A DNA stretch of 43,161 bases from an uncultured Oscillospiraceae bacterium (GCA_964479715.1 CAYZSR010000001.1:3425-46585); one strand, 5' to 3'; positions 7,775-17,604 are shown, numbered from the stretch's first letter. Numbers and translations are program-made. Notes: generated from the sequence alone by a model not told the origin.

Positions 7775-10236
7775 ACAAAAAGATATTCTCAAGCAACACG
7801 GTAGCGATGCTCCGTAGAGCTTTTGCGCTGTCCTCTAAAATGGGGCACAGCTATACAGGCACCGAACATATTTTATGGAGCATTACGAGCGACCGCCGCA
7901 GCGCCGCCGGCAAAGCGTTAAGCAAAGCCGGGGTAGACTCGCGGCTGGTGCTCGCCATGATAGAAAAATACAACTCTCAAGGCCAAAGCTCCGGCATGGT
8001 TACGATGAGTTTAACGGCGGAAGCAAACCAAGTGTTGGACGCCGCCGAAGCGCAAATGAAAGAAATGAAACACGAGCAGCTGGAACCGGAACACATTTTA
8101 ATTGGCATGCTGAAAGAAAAAGGCAGCGCCGGCTCTGAATTGCTTATTTCTATAAACGCCAACACCGACCGCATCGTTGACGATGTGCTGAAATCCAAAG
8201 ACACTGAATGGCCGCGCACCCAAGGCGTTCAAGCCGACAAGGGTAAAAAGCAAACTGAAAACCTGGAAGAGTTCACCGTTGATTTAAGCGAAATGGCTCT
8301 TACCGGTAAACTGGATCCCCTTATTGGGCGCGACAAAGAAGTGGAACGGGTAACGCAGATACTCTCTCGCCGCACCAAAAACAACCCCGTTTTAATTGGC
8401 GAGCCGGGCGTTGGTAAAACCGCCATTGCCGAAGGGCTGGCGCAGCGCATTGTAGACAATACCGTACCAGAAACGCTGGAAGGCATGCGTGTTTTATCGC
8501 TTGACCTTGGCAAAATGGTCTCCGGCACAAAATACCGGGGCGACTTTGAAGAGCGCATTAAAAACTTTTTGGAAGAATTAAAAGAGAACGACCACGTTAT
8601 TCTCTTTATCGATGAGCTGCACACCTTAATTGGTGCGGGCGCCGCCGAAGGCTCTTTAGACGCCGCCAGCGTCTTTAAACCGGCGCTTTCCCGTGGCGAA
8701 ATCCAAGTGATTGGCGCCACCACGCTGGACGAATACCGCAAACACATTGAAAAGGACGCCGCGCTGGAGCGTCGGTTCCAACCGGTTATGGTTAACGAGC
8801 CGACCCAAGAAGACGCCATTAAAATTTTGCACGGCGTGCGCCCCTACTACGAAGAACACCACAAGCTGGCCATTACCGACGAAGCGGTAGATGCCGCCGT
8901 TGAACTGGGCAGCCGCTATATCCCCGACCGTTTCTTGCCCGACAAAGCCATCGACTTGATTGACGAGGCGGCCTCGCGTGTTCGCACCCACATTTTAACC
9001 ACCCCGGAACACCTGCAAGAATTGGAAGAAGAGGTAAAAAGCCTCAATCACAAAAAACAGCAAGCCGCTGAAGAACAACGCTTTGAAGACGCGGCCAAGC
9101 TGCGCGATAAACAAGAAGACTTAAAACGCGTTTTAGCGTCACACCGTGACAGCTGGAGCGACGAACAAGACAAATCCGTCTCGGCTGAAAATGTGGCGGA
9201 AGTGGTCTCGATGTGGACCGGCATCCCGGTAACCATGTTGACCGAAGAAGAAAGCGAACGCTTGATGAAACTGGAAGACACGCTGCATGAGCGCATTGTT
9301 GGCCAAGAAGACGCCGTTAAAGCGGTATCCAAAGCCATTCGCCGCAGCCGTGTCGGCATCCGCGAAGAGGGGCACCCCATCGGAAGCTTTATGTTCCTAG
9401 GCCCCACCGGCGTTGGCAAGACGGAAGTCTGCAAAGCGCTGGCGGAATCGATGTTCGCCGACGAAGACGCCATCATCCGCCTCGACATGTCTGAATACAT
9501 GGAACGGCACACCGTCTCGAAGTTAATCGGCTCGCCTCCGGGCTATGTCGGCTACGACGAGGGTGGCCAGCTCACCGAGCAGGTACGCCGCAAACCATAT
9601 AGCATTGTACTCTTTGACGAAATTGAAAAAGCACACCCCGACGTATGGAACTCGCTGCTACAAATAATGGACGAAGGCCGCCTTACCGATGCGCAAGGAC
9701 GTACGGTAGACTTTAAAAATACCGTTATCGTTATGACATCTAACTTAGGCGCCAGAGACATTATGGGCAAAGCCTCTTTGGGCTTCGCCGACACGCAAAG
9801 CGACGCCGACGGCACCCGTCCGCAAGAAGAAATCCGCGGCAAAGTTATGGACGAATTGAAACGTACCTTCCAACCGGAGTTCTTAAACCGTCTCGACGAG
9901 ATTGTCGTCTTCCATCAACTGGATAAAGACCACATCAGCAAAATTGCTTACAAAATGCTGGACGAATTGAAAGACCGCAGCTCTTCGCTGGGTATCGAAC
10001 TAACCATCGAAGACAGCGCCGTTGATATTTTGGCAGACCGCGGGTTTGACCCCGTGTTCGGCGCGCGTCCTTTGAAGCGCACCATTCAATCTTCCCTTGA
10101 AGACGTCATTGCCGAAACCATTCTTGAAGGCGACTACACCGACGGCGACGGCATGGTTGTTACCGGCGAAGACAGCGATTTAAAAATCAAGCTGGTTAAA
10201 CAGCAAACCGCCGACGACGAAACCGTATCCGTCTAA
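7771..10236 (+). CDS. clpC: Class-III stress ATPase ClpC (Clp/Hsp100 AAA+ unfoldase)
   Basis: There are two N-terminal Clp_N repeats. Walker A motifs [15 protein letters not shown] and [15 protein letters not shown] are present, with a middle UVR segment ([18 protein letters not shown]). An LGF loop is a candidate for ClpP docking. The protein is 821 aa. Confidence 0.93.
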   Translation: MNKKIFSSNTVAMLRRAFALSSKMGHSYTGTEHILWSITSDRRSAAGKALSKAGVDSRLVLAMIEKYNSQGQSSGMVTMSLTAEANQVLDAAEAQMKEMKHEQLEPEHILIGMLKEKGSAGSELLISINANTDRIVDDVLKSKDTEWPRTQGVQADKGKKQTENLEEFTVDLSEMALTGKLDPLIGRDKEVERVTQILSRRTKNNPVLIGEPGVGKTAIAEGLAQRIVDNTVPETLEGMRVLSLDLGKMVSGTKYRGDFEERIKNFLEELKENDHVILFIDELHTLIGAGAAEGSLDAASVFKPALSRGEIQVIGATTLDEYRKHIEKDAALERRFQPVMVNEPTQEDAIKILHGVRPYYEEHHKLAITDEAVDAAVELGSRYIPDRFLPDKAIDLIDEAASRVRTHILTTPEHLQELEEEVKSLNHKKQQAAEEQRFEDAAKLRDKQEDLKRVLASHRDSWSDEQDKSVSAENVAEVVSMWTGIPVTMLTEEESERLMKLEDTLHERIVGQEDAVKAVSKAIRRSRVGIREEGHPIGSFMFLGPTGVGKTEVCKALAESMFADEDAIIRLDMSEYMERHTVSKLIGSPPGYVGYDEGGQLTEQVRRKPYSIVLFDEIEKAHPDVWNSLLQIMDEGRLTDAQGRTVDFKNTVIVMTSNLGARDIMGKASLGFADTQSDADGTRPQEEIRGKVMDELKRTFQPEFLNRLDEIVVFHQLDKDHISKIAYKMLDELKDRSSSLGIELTIEDSAVDILADRGFDPVFGARPLKRTIQSSLEDVIAETILEGDYTDGDGMVVTGEDSDLKIKLVKQQTADDETVSV

Positions 10237-10250
10237 ACACCAACAAAACT

Positions 10251-10287
10251 AAAAGAGGGCTCAACTTCGGTTGAGCCCTCTTTTTTA
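10251..10287. terminator. Intrinsic terminator after clpC
   Basis: aaaAGAGGGCTCAAC-ttcg-GTTGAGCCCTCTtttttt: a 12 bp stem with a TTCG loop and a T-run. Confidence 0.9.
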
Positions 10288-10346
10288 TTCGGTAAATTCC
10301 TCGATACAAAGTTGTTTTATTTACAGTAAGTCTGTGCTAGAATAGG

Positions 10347-10793
10347 TTATTCCTTAGCGCACAGCCGGTTGTAAACGGCGCACAGCTCGCTTATCTTCTC
10401 CACTAAATCGCGTGTGTTTTCTTCACCGTAAGCGCTGAATAAATCATCCAGCATGGCGTCGTAACAGCTGGTTGCCTGCGCCAAACTTTGCCGCCCCGCC
10501 TCGGTGGCGGTAACCGCAATGCGGCGGCGGTCATTTTGGTCTATCTCGCGGCGGATGTAGCCTTTTTCTTCCAGCCCGCTGAGCGATTGCGACACGCCCG
10601 ATTTAGAAATGTGCATTGTTCGGTGTATCTCTGAAACGGTTAAGCAGCGCCCCGCCTCGGTGCAGTTTTGCGTTACCTGCTGCATAATGGAAAGCTCTAC
10701 GTATTGAAAATCGCACCGGTTGGGCAGCGACATCCCCATGCTTTTCATTTGCGAGAGGGCGTTTAAAAAAGCCTCTTTTAATTGTTGCGCCAC
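10347..10793 (-). CDS. MarR-family transcriptional regulator, a paralog of the 6353-6805 gene
   Basis: LTVSEIHRTMHISKSGVSQSLSGLEEKGYIRREIDQNDRRRIAVTATEAG aligns position by position with the other MarR. The start is GTG, with AAGGAG 6 nt upstream. Confidence 0.8.
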   Translation of the reverse strand: MAQQLKEAFLNALSQMKSMGMSLPNRCDFQYVELSIMQQVTQNCTEAGRCLTVSEIHRTMHISKSGVSQSLSGLEEKGYIRREIDQNDRRRIAVTATEAGRQSLAQATSCYDAMLDDLFSAYGEENTRDLVEKISELCAVYNRLCAKE

Positions 10794-11010
10794 ATAAAAC
10801 TCCTTTGCCTTACAATGCCTTTGGCTAAAAAATTTGTCGATAAAGCACGGCAGGTTTCACACTATCAACACTGGAAATCATCCGTTGTCACGCGCTTTTC
10901 ACAAACATCGGTTGACCCGGCAAACGCGGCGCTGTTATAATTAGACAGCGCCGAAATATTGCGTTCTTTAAAACGGCGGCGGCGCTTTGTGCACCGTTTA
11001 CCCGCTACAT

Positions 11011-11053
11011 AAAACTCCCCTTTCAGTAAGTTAATACTAGAAAAGAGGAGTTT
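11011..11053 (-). terminator. Probable intrinsic terminator after gap
   Basis: An imperfect hairpin AAACTCCcCTTTC...GAAAAGaGGAGTTT is followed by a short U-run on the minus-strand transcript. Confidence 0.45.
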
Positions 11054-11071
11054 GTGAATAATGCTATGGTT

Positions 11072-12094
<1,023 letters not shown>

Positions 12095-12448
12095 TTATAA
12101 AAAAGAATTCTTCGTCGGTTCATTCTTTTTGTCTGCTAAAGACGTGCACAGCTTAATTTTATAACAATTACCGTTAAACTACAATAGCCTGCTGTCAATA
12201 TCATCGGGTGGCATTTAAAAATGGGGTTATTAATAGCATTATCAAACATTCGGTGAAATATTTGGTGATATTTGCCAGTTGGCGAGCTTTTCAGCGATGT
12301 GCACAACAGCCGTCACCACAAGGCTTTCAATACTGTTCAGTTTGTGCTTAAGATGCAAGATTCGACAAAATATGATACAATTTAAGTTGACGCGGCGGCA
12401 ATAAAATTCCCTGGTTGCAGTCGTTAAAAAAGGAAGTGGGAATAGTTT

Positions 12449-13498
12449 ATGAACAACAGCTCTTTTGCACCTTTTGAAAAGGTGTCTTACCCGTGCTATT
12501 GGTTTGGTAAAGATGGCGAATTAAAGGCAAACAGCGCCGCACTAGAACTTAAAAACCCCCTCTTTGATGAGCCTAGTTTAAGAGAATACTTTGCCAGAAC
12601 TTTTAAGGGAATTACATTTTTAAACAGCGCCACCCCACAGCACCACATTCCCTTTGGTGGCAAAATACAAATGCAGAGTGTTATTATGCTGCCCTTTGAA
12701 GACGGCACGGTGGTCACCTTTCAAAACGCCAAACATTCTTCCCTTAGCACTTTTACAGCCAGCATGCGGGAATATTTAAGCAATATTTTCGCCGTGCTTT
12801 CTTTGCTTTCCAAAAAAGTGGAAGACGACGATTTACACATTGTAGAAGATTTGCAGAGAAATGCCTACAACATGCTGCGTCAAATTACCAACCTGGAAAC
12901 GATAAGCCGGCTGGAAAGCGGCCTTATCTCCATTGACAGTTTTGACATAAACGCTTTCCTTTCCAGCATGATGACATCGGTTACAACGGTTTGCATTAAC
13001 CGCGGCGTTGAAATACGCACCAAATTGCCGGATACGCCCATCTACGTTAAAAGTGACCCTAAGCTGTTTGAACAAGCCTTTCTCAACGCCTTGCGCAACA
13101 GCCTGCAATTTACACGGGACGGTAACGTCATCACCGTGTCACTCACGGTGGTTAAAAACCAAGCCCTTGTTACCATAGACGACAATGGGCTTGGCATTCA
13201 GCCGCAATTTCAAGACCACATTTTCATGCCTTATTTTTCGGTGGACCCGTACGGCGACACCGACGACCGCCCCAGCATGGGGCTTGGGCTGTATGTGGTG
13301 CAACGCACCATGAAGCGGCTGGGCGGCAACGTCGCTATTGAAAGCCAGTACGGCAGCGGCACCCGCATCACCATGGCGCTGCCCATTGACGAGGCGCCCG
13401 AAAATATCTTAAAAAGCTCCACAGCGGATTATGTGCTTGACGGGTTTTCGCCGGTGTATATCCACCTTGTGGATTTTTGCCGCTTTGGCAAACTATAA
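12449..13498 (+). CDS. Soluble histidine-kinase-like protein (HATPase_c intact, H-box apparently degenerate)
   Basis: N box LNALRNSLQF, G1 DDNGLGI, F IFMPYF and G2 SMGLGLYVV are all present. The DHp-like helix pair STFTASMREYLSNIF...ISRLESG has no His at the expected position. There is no TM segment and no adjacent response regulator. Confidence 0.7.
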   Translation: MNNSSFAPFEKVSYPCYWFGKDGELKANSAALELKNPLFDEPSLREYFARTFKGITFLNSATPQHHIPFGGKIQMQSVIMLPFEDGTVVTFQNAKHSSLSTFTASMREYLSNIFAVLSLLSKKVEDDDLHIVEDLQRNAYNMLRQITNLETISRLESGLISIDSFDINAFLSSMMTSVTTVCINRGVEIRTKLPDTPIYVKSDPKLFEQAFLNALRNSLQFTRDGNVITVSLTVVKNQALVTIDDNGLGIQPQFQDHIFMPYFSVDPYGDTDDRPSMGLGLYVVQRTMKRLGGNVAIESQYGSGTRITMALPIDEAPENILKSSTADYVLDGFSPVYIHLVDFCRFGKL

Positions 13499-13501
13499 CA
13501 A

Positions 13502-13978
13502 TTATCGGGCTGCCCGATGCGCTTTCCCTGAAATACCCTCCGACACCAAACGGTAAACAGCGGTGCTTTTATCATATTTTTCTATGTCTCGCGGCGCGTA
13601 TTGGATACGCTCGGCGAGATATTTTTTGCACAGCGCCATTAACGCGTCACTTTTCTCTTGCCGATCGGTAACCGGCTCGGCCCGTCCGTAAACAATGGCG
13701 CTTTCATAATAGGTGGTGAAATCATCGATGTACACTGCCTGCACATCGCCCACCACCGTAAAGCAAACACGACCGTCTTGCCTTAGGTTATCCACCTTGT
13801 GTCCCTTCATAGCGCTGTGAAAATAAATGTTGCCGCTGTGCCACACATAAGAAAGCGGCACCGCCGCCACACCACGCCCATCGTCCACCATGGCCAGCGT
13901 ACCGTAAATGCCTTTTTCAAGTATTGCTTCGGTTTCTTTGGGTGTTATCTGTCGGTTTTTCCGTCTCATTTCTCGCAT
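13502..13978 (-). CDS. Pyridoxamine 5'-phosphate oxidase-family FMN-binding split-barrel protein (Nim/PNPOx-like)
   Basis: MRRKNRQITPKETEAILEKGIYGTLAMVDDGRGVAAVPLSYVWHSGNIYFHSAMKGHKVDNL is typical of the Pyridox_ox_2 / 5-nitroimidazole-reductase-like family. Confidence 0.7.
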   Translation of the reverse strand: MREMRRKNRQITPKETEAILEKGIYGTLAMVDDGRGVAAVPLSYVWHSGNIYFHSAMKGHKVDNLRQDGRVCFTVVGDVQAVYIDDFTTYYESAIVYGRAEPVTDRQEKSDALMALCKKYLAERIQYAPRDIEKYDKSTAVYRLVSEGISGKAHRAAR

Positions 13979-14016
13979 GCTATTCCCCTTTGTAATCTCT
14001 CTTCTGCCATTTCTCT

Positions 14017-14042
14017 GTCGGTACTTCGGTACCGACTTTTTT
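14017..14042 (+). terminator. Plus-strand intrinsic terminator with no plus-strand gene immediately upstream
   Basis: GTCGGTAC-ttcg-GTACCGAC is a perfect 8 bp stem with a TTCG tetraloop (14017-14036), followed directly by TTTTTT (14037-14042). Confidence 0.6.
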
Positions 14043-14259
14043 GTTGCGTCGGTTACAGCTTAAAGAGAACGGCCGTTTATTGCAAGCTTTTGCGGCGGTT
14101 TTAAAACAGACTTTGCCAAAAAAGTACGAGATGTCGGGTCTTTTTCTGAATTAATTATATCTTGTTTTTGACTATTTGCCACTTTTGTCGCCAGTTGTAA
14201 TTATTTATTATTCCCGCTATTATAAAGGTAATTTATAACAAGTAAAGCGAGGGGTTACA

Positions 14260-14679
14260 ATGCCGGAATTATTAGCGATTTTAAGCGGGGTTATCCTGTC
14301 GGTTATGTTTATGGTAAACGGTGATTTGTCGAGCGCCTACGGCGAGCTGTTCTCCATGGTGTTTATCCACGTAACAGGGCTTATTATCACCTGCGTCATT
14401 GTTTTATTCACCAAAGAAAAACGCAAAAAAGGCAAGATACCGCTATGGGTTTTTACCGGCGGCATGATTGGTGTTTTCACCACCTACAGCAACATTGTAA
14501 CGGTGAACGAGCTGGGCGTTTCCATCACGGTGGCGCTGGGCCTCGCAGGGCAATGCGTGTTATCGCTGTTTATAGATACCTTTGGCTGGTTTGGCGTTAA
14601 AAAACAGCAGTTTATTCCGCAACGTGTCATCGGGCTTGTCTTCATCGCCGCCGGCGTGCTGACAATGCTGGTTATATAG
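14260..14679 (+). CDS. DUF606 (YdcZ-like, DMT-superfamily half-transporter) membrane protein
   Basis: The protein is about 140 aa with four to five TM segments. PLWVFTGGMIGVF...ALGLAGQCVLSLFIDTFGWFG matches the DUF606 signature. Confidence 0.65.
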   Translation: MPELLAILSGVILSVMFMVNGDLSSAYGELFSMVFIHVTGLIITCVIVLFTKEKRKKGKIPLWVFTGGMIGVFTTYSNIVTVNELGVSITVALGLAGQCVLSLFIDTFGWFGVKKQQFIPQRVIGLVFIAAGVLTMLVI

Positions 14680-14689
14680 GGAGGGTGCC

Positions 14690-15133
14690 ATGTATATATT
14701 TTATGTGATTATTGGCGTTTTGGGCGGTGCGTCGAATATTCTAAGCCGCTTTGTTAACGCCGAGCTGACCTCCCGCATTGGTGCCTACCGCAGCACCCGC
14801 ATGAACTACATAACGGGGCTATCGCTTTCGCTGCTGTTGCTGCTTATTATGCGCCCCGCCCTCCCCGCTTTTACGGCGCCCAGCAATGTAAGCGACGTAG
14901 CGATGTATTTCGGCGGTGCACTCGGCGTTGCCGTTGTCTTAATTGCCAATCTCATCGCCATGCGCATGAGCGCGCTGGTCATGACAATCCTTGTTTTTAT
15001 CAGCCAAATGATTACCGGCATGGTGCTGGATTTCTTTATAACCGGCGCTTTTATCCCGCAACAACTCGTTGGGGCGTTGCTTTTACTGATAGGGCTTTTG
15101 CTCTACCAACGACCGGCGCCGGCAAAACAATAA
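14690..15133 (+). CDS. DUF606 (YdcZ-like) membrane protein, paired partner of the previous gene
   Basis: It has the same size and topology. YFGGALGVAVV...FISQMITGMVLDFF is present. It starts 10 nt after the partner gene, with a GGGAGGG RBS. Confidence 0.65.
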   Translation: MYIFYVIIGVLGGASNILSRFVNAELTSRIGAYRSTRMNYITGLSLSLLLLLIMRPALPAFTAPSNVSDVAMYFGGALGVAVVLIANLIAMRMSALVMTILVFISQMITGMVLDFFITGAFIPQQLVGALLLLIGLLLYQRPAPAKQ

Positions 15134-15174
15134 TTATAATATACGATGCTACGTTCTTTTTGGATTTGCGTTTG

Positions 15175-15203
15175 TTGACATAATAGGCGCTGTGTGGTAT
15201 TAT
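15175..15203 (+). promoter_or_regulatory. Strong extended -10 sigma-A promoter heading the nucleoside-salvage operon
   Basis: TTGACA (15175-15180), a 17 nt spacer, then TGgTATTAT (TG at 15195-15196, hexamer at 15198-15203). Confidence 0.7.
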
Positions 15204-15244
15204 ATCGATACTGTGACAACGGGCTTTGGAGGTGCCTTTTCTAG

Positions 15245-15802
15245 ATGACAAATAGCGACATTTTGCGCCGTGTTGACCACACGCTGCGAGCAGCAGATTG
15301 CAACCGGGCACAAACTGAAACGTTATATAACGAAGCGACGCAACGTCAAACCGCTTCGGTTTGCACGCCGCCTAATCATGTAAAGTGCATTCAAGAAAAA
15401 CACCGTTACTTACCACCGCTTAACAGGGTGGTTTGCTTGCCCTTAGAACAGACAGCCCCGACAACACCAAAACCCGCCACCGAAACGGCGCTGCCAAGTG
15501 GCGCCGACGATACGGCCGCGGCAAAACGGCTAACCGCCGTTACCATTTACAATAAACATGTTAGCGTTGCAACACAATCCGTTGCGGTGCCTGACAATGA
15601 CAATATAGATATGGCATACGATAACATCCTCAAGGTATTCGTCGAGCCCTGCCACCTCACTCAGCAAGAAAAAACTACACTTTGCCGCGGCGTGACCGAT
15701 GGCGGGACGGACTTTCTCAAAACCGTTAGCGGTTTTGGCTCCGGCGGCGAAACCCTTGGGGATATTTTGTTTTTTAAGGCATCGGCCGCTGGCGGGCAGT
15801 AA
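15245..15802 (+). pseudogene. Decayed deoxyribose-phosphate aldolase (deoC/DERA)-like ORF: the frame is still open but the product is truncated and heavily substituted
   Basis: The translation keeps the DERA motif order: VDHTL, TASVC..P..V, PL...T...ET....GAD, KVFVEPCHLTQQEKTTLC (compare KVIIETCxLtxEEK), TDFLKTVSGFGSGG (compare FVKTSTGFxxGG) and KASAAGG (compare KASGG). The ORF stops right after KASAAGG, so the last beta/alpha unit is missing. The EIDMV Asp context reads DDTAAA. The middle is Pro/Thr-rich. Confidence 0.5.
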
Positions 15803-15926
15803 GATAAAAAACCGCGGCGGCAGACGCACCCGTGGCACTAAGTGGCAAGCGCGGCAATGACAATCCGTCCTCACAGCCAATGGTGCCGTTTAACCATTAA
15901 CCGCCCACCACCTGAAGGAAGGCATT

Positions 15927-16334
15927 ATGACAGATAAAAAACTGATGGAACACGCCGCCGAAGCGCGCGAGCAATCATACTCCCCCTATTCCAACTTTAT
16001 GGTTGGGGCGGCGCTGCTTGCCAAAGACGGACAGGTTTTTCACGGCTGCAACATTGAAAACGCCGCCTACACCCCCACCAACTGCGCCGAGCGAACGGCG
16101 TTTTTCAAGGCGGTGTCGCAAGGGGTGCGCGGCTTTGACGCCATCGCCATAACCGGCGGGCCCAAAGGCGAGCCGGGCTACGCCTACCCGTGCGGCGTCT
16201 GCCGCCAGGTGATGATGGAATTTTGTGAGCCTGAAACTTTTCGCGTATTAGTGGGCAGCGGCAGCAATGATTTTAAAAGCTATACCTTAAAAGACCTGCT
16301 ACCCCACGGCTTCGGTCCGCAAGATTTAGACTAA
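15927..16334 (+). CDS. cdd: Cytidine deaminase
   Basis: YSNFMVGAALL...CAERTAFFKAV...PCGVCRQVMMEF carries the zinc-binding CAE and PCGxCRQ motifs. The protein is 135 aa. Confidence 0.95.
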   Translation: MTDKKLMEHAAEAREQSYSPYSNFMVGAALLAKDGQVFHGCNIENAAYTPTNCAERTAFFKAVSQGVRGFDAIAITGGPKGEPGYAYPCGVCRQVMMEFCEPETFRVLVGSGSNDFKSYTLKDLLPHGFGPQDLD

Positions 16335-16405
16335 GCCCACTTTATTTTGTGCAACAGCCTTTTCAAACGGAAAAGGCATGCAAATATATTATTGGAGGAT
16401 TACAC

Positions 16406-17533
16406 ATGAAACTGAAACACGTTTTAGCATTGGCGCTTGCATTGCTACTTGGCTTAACCCTCGTTGCTTGTGGCGGCACACCACCCAGCGATTCTTCCGG
16501 TGGCACTGAAGTAGCCGGCGAAGACGGCTCTTTCGAGCTGGCACTTATTACCGACCTTGGCACCATTGACGACAAGTCTTTTAACCAAGGTTCTTGGGAA
16601 GGGCTGCTACAGTACGCCGAAGAGGAAGACATTTCACACAAGTATTACCAACCAACCGAACAAAGTGACGACGCGTACCTCGCCTCAATCGACCTGGCCG
16701 TTAAAGGCGGCGCAAAAGTAGTTGTTACCCCGGGCTTTTTGTTTGAGGTACCCATCTACATCGCGCAAGAAACCTACCCGGATGTTACCTTTATTCTGGT
16801 AGACGGTGCCCCCCACGACGCCGATTATGAAGATTTCACCATTGGCGACAACACGGTAGGCATTAAATACGCCGAAGAACAAGCCGGTTTCTTAGCGGGC
16901 TATGCCGCGGTTAAAGACGGCATGACGCAACTTGGCTTTATGGGCGGCATGGCTGTTCCCGCCGTTGTAAGATTTGGCCACGGCTATGTACAAGGCGCTG
17001 AATACGCCGCTGAAGAAATGGGTCTTGCAGAAGGCTCTCTCAAAGTAAACTACCACTACACAGGCGACTTTGAAGCCACACCGGAAGCCCAAACCATGGC
17101 CGCTTCTTGGTATAACGAAGGCATTGAAGTTATCTTTGCTTGCGGCGGCGCCGTTGGCAACTCTGTTATGGCAGCGGCCGAACAAGCCGACGCCAAAGTG
17201 ATTGGTGTAGACGTAGACCAAAGTGGCGAATCTGAAACGGTTATCACCAGCGCCACCAAAGGCCTGCAAGTATCGGTATACGATAGCATTAAAGCCTACT
17301 ATGATGGCGACTTCCCCGGCGGCCAAGAAATTATTTTCGAAGCTGACAACGACGGGGTCGGCCTGCCGATGGACACCTCTAAATTTGAGAAGTTTACCCA
17401 AGAAGATTACGACGAAATTTATGCAAAACTAGTAGCCGGCGACATTGAGCTTATTGAAGATGTCGGCGCTGAGGGCGAAGAAATTGGCGTTACAGACATT
17501 GAAACCGTTTACGTGGTTATCAACGAGCTGTAA
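16406..17533 (+). CDS. BMP-family (PnrA/TmpC/Med-like) nucleoside-binding ABC-transporter lipoprotein
   Basis: MKLKHVLALALALLLGLTLVACGG is a signal peptide with the lipobox LVAC. LITDLGTIDDKSFNQGSWEG is the BMP-family signature. I set the start to ATG 16406 (GGAGG 7 nt upstream) rather than 16349 of the ORF track. Confidence 0.88.
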   Translation: MKLKHVLALALALLLGLTLVACGGTPPSDSSGGTEVAGEDGSFELALITDLGTIDDKSFNQGSWEGLLQYAEEEDISHKYYQPTEQSDDAYLASIDLAVKGGAKVVVTPGFLFEVPIYIAQETYPDVTFILVDGAPHDADYEDFTIGDNTVGIKYAEEQAGFLAGYAAVKDGMTQLGFMGGMAVPAVVRFGHGYVQGAEYAAEEMGLAEGSLKVNYHYTGDFEATPEAQTMAASWYNEGIEVIFACGGAVGNSVMAAAEQADAKVIGVDVDQSGESETVITSATKGLQVSVYDSIKAYYDGDFPGGQEIIFEADNDGVGLPMDTSKFEKFTQEDYDEIYAKLVAGDIELIEDVGAEGEEIGVTDIETVYVVINEL

Positions 17534-17562
17534 TACCCGCTTCGTCTAAACCCTAAGCTTTA

Positions 17563-17604
17563 CAGGGAGGCAATCGCTTTATCAAAGAGGCTGTTGCCTC
17601 CCTG
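17563..17604 (+). terminator. Intra-operon hairpin (partial terminator or mRNA stabiliser) after the binding-protein gene
   Basis: CAGGGAGGCAA...TTGCCTCCCTG is a perfect 11 bp stem, followed by cTTTaaTT. It lies between the lipoprotein gene and the ATPase gene. Confidence 0.55.

Noticed and set aside
8229-8819. Long antisense or off-frame ORFs inside well-supported genes. Examples are 8229-8819, 9048-9512, 16892-17401, 20387-20779, 21489-22016, 21809-22567, 26212-26667, 26755-27165, 27214-27627, 28177-28587, 30261-30671, 40391-40909 and 42701-43000.
   Set aside because: Each lies wholly within a gene that has strong family motifs on the other strand or frame. They are Ser/Arg/Ala/Gly-rich frame shadows, which are common in moderately GC-rich coding DNA. 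None has an RBS or a recognisable domain.
15530-15880. A 116 aa minus-strand ORF, plus the 86 aa ORF at 15051-15311.
   Set aside because: Both are antisense shadows of the deoC remnant and the DUF606 3' end. They have no RBS, an Arg/Cys/Ala-rich composition typical of reverse-frame translation, and no recognisable motifs.
15134-15926. A large structured non-coding RNA (OLE/ROOL/GOLLD-like) or a nucleoside riboswitch upstream of cdd.
   Set aside because: The region has a strong promoter, many small hairpins and no obviously good CDS. However, the 15245-15802 translation follows the DeoC/DERA motif order too closely to be coincidence. I saw no purine/2'-dG riboswitch core and no RNase P, tmRNA or group II intron signatures. 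I reinterpreted it as a decayed deoC.
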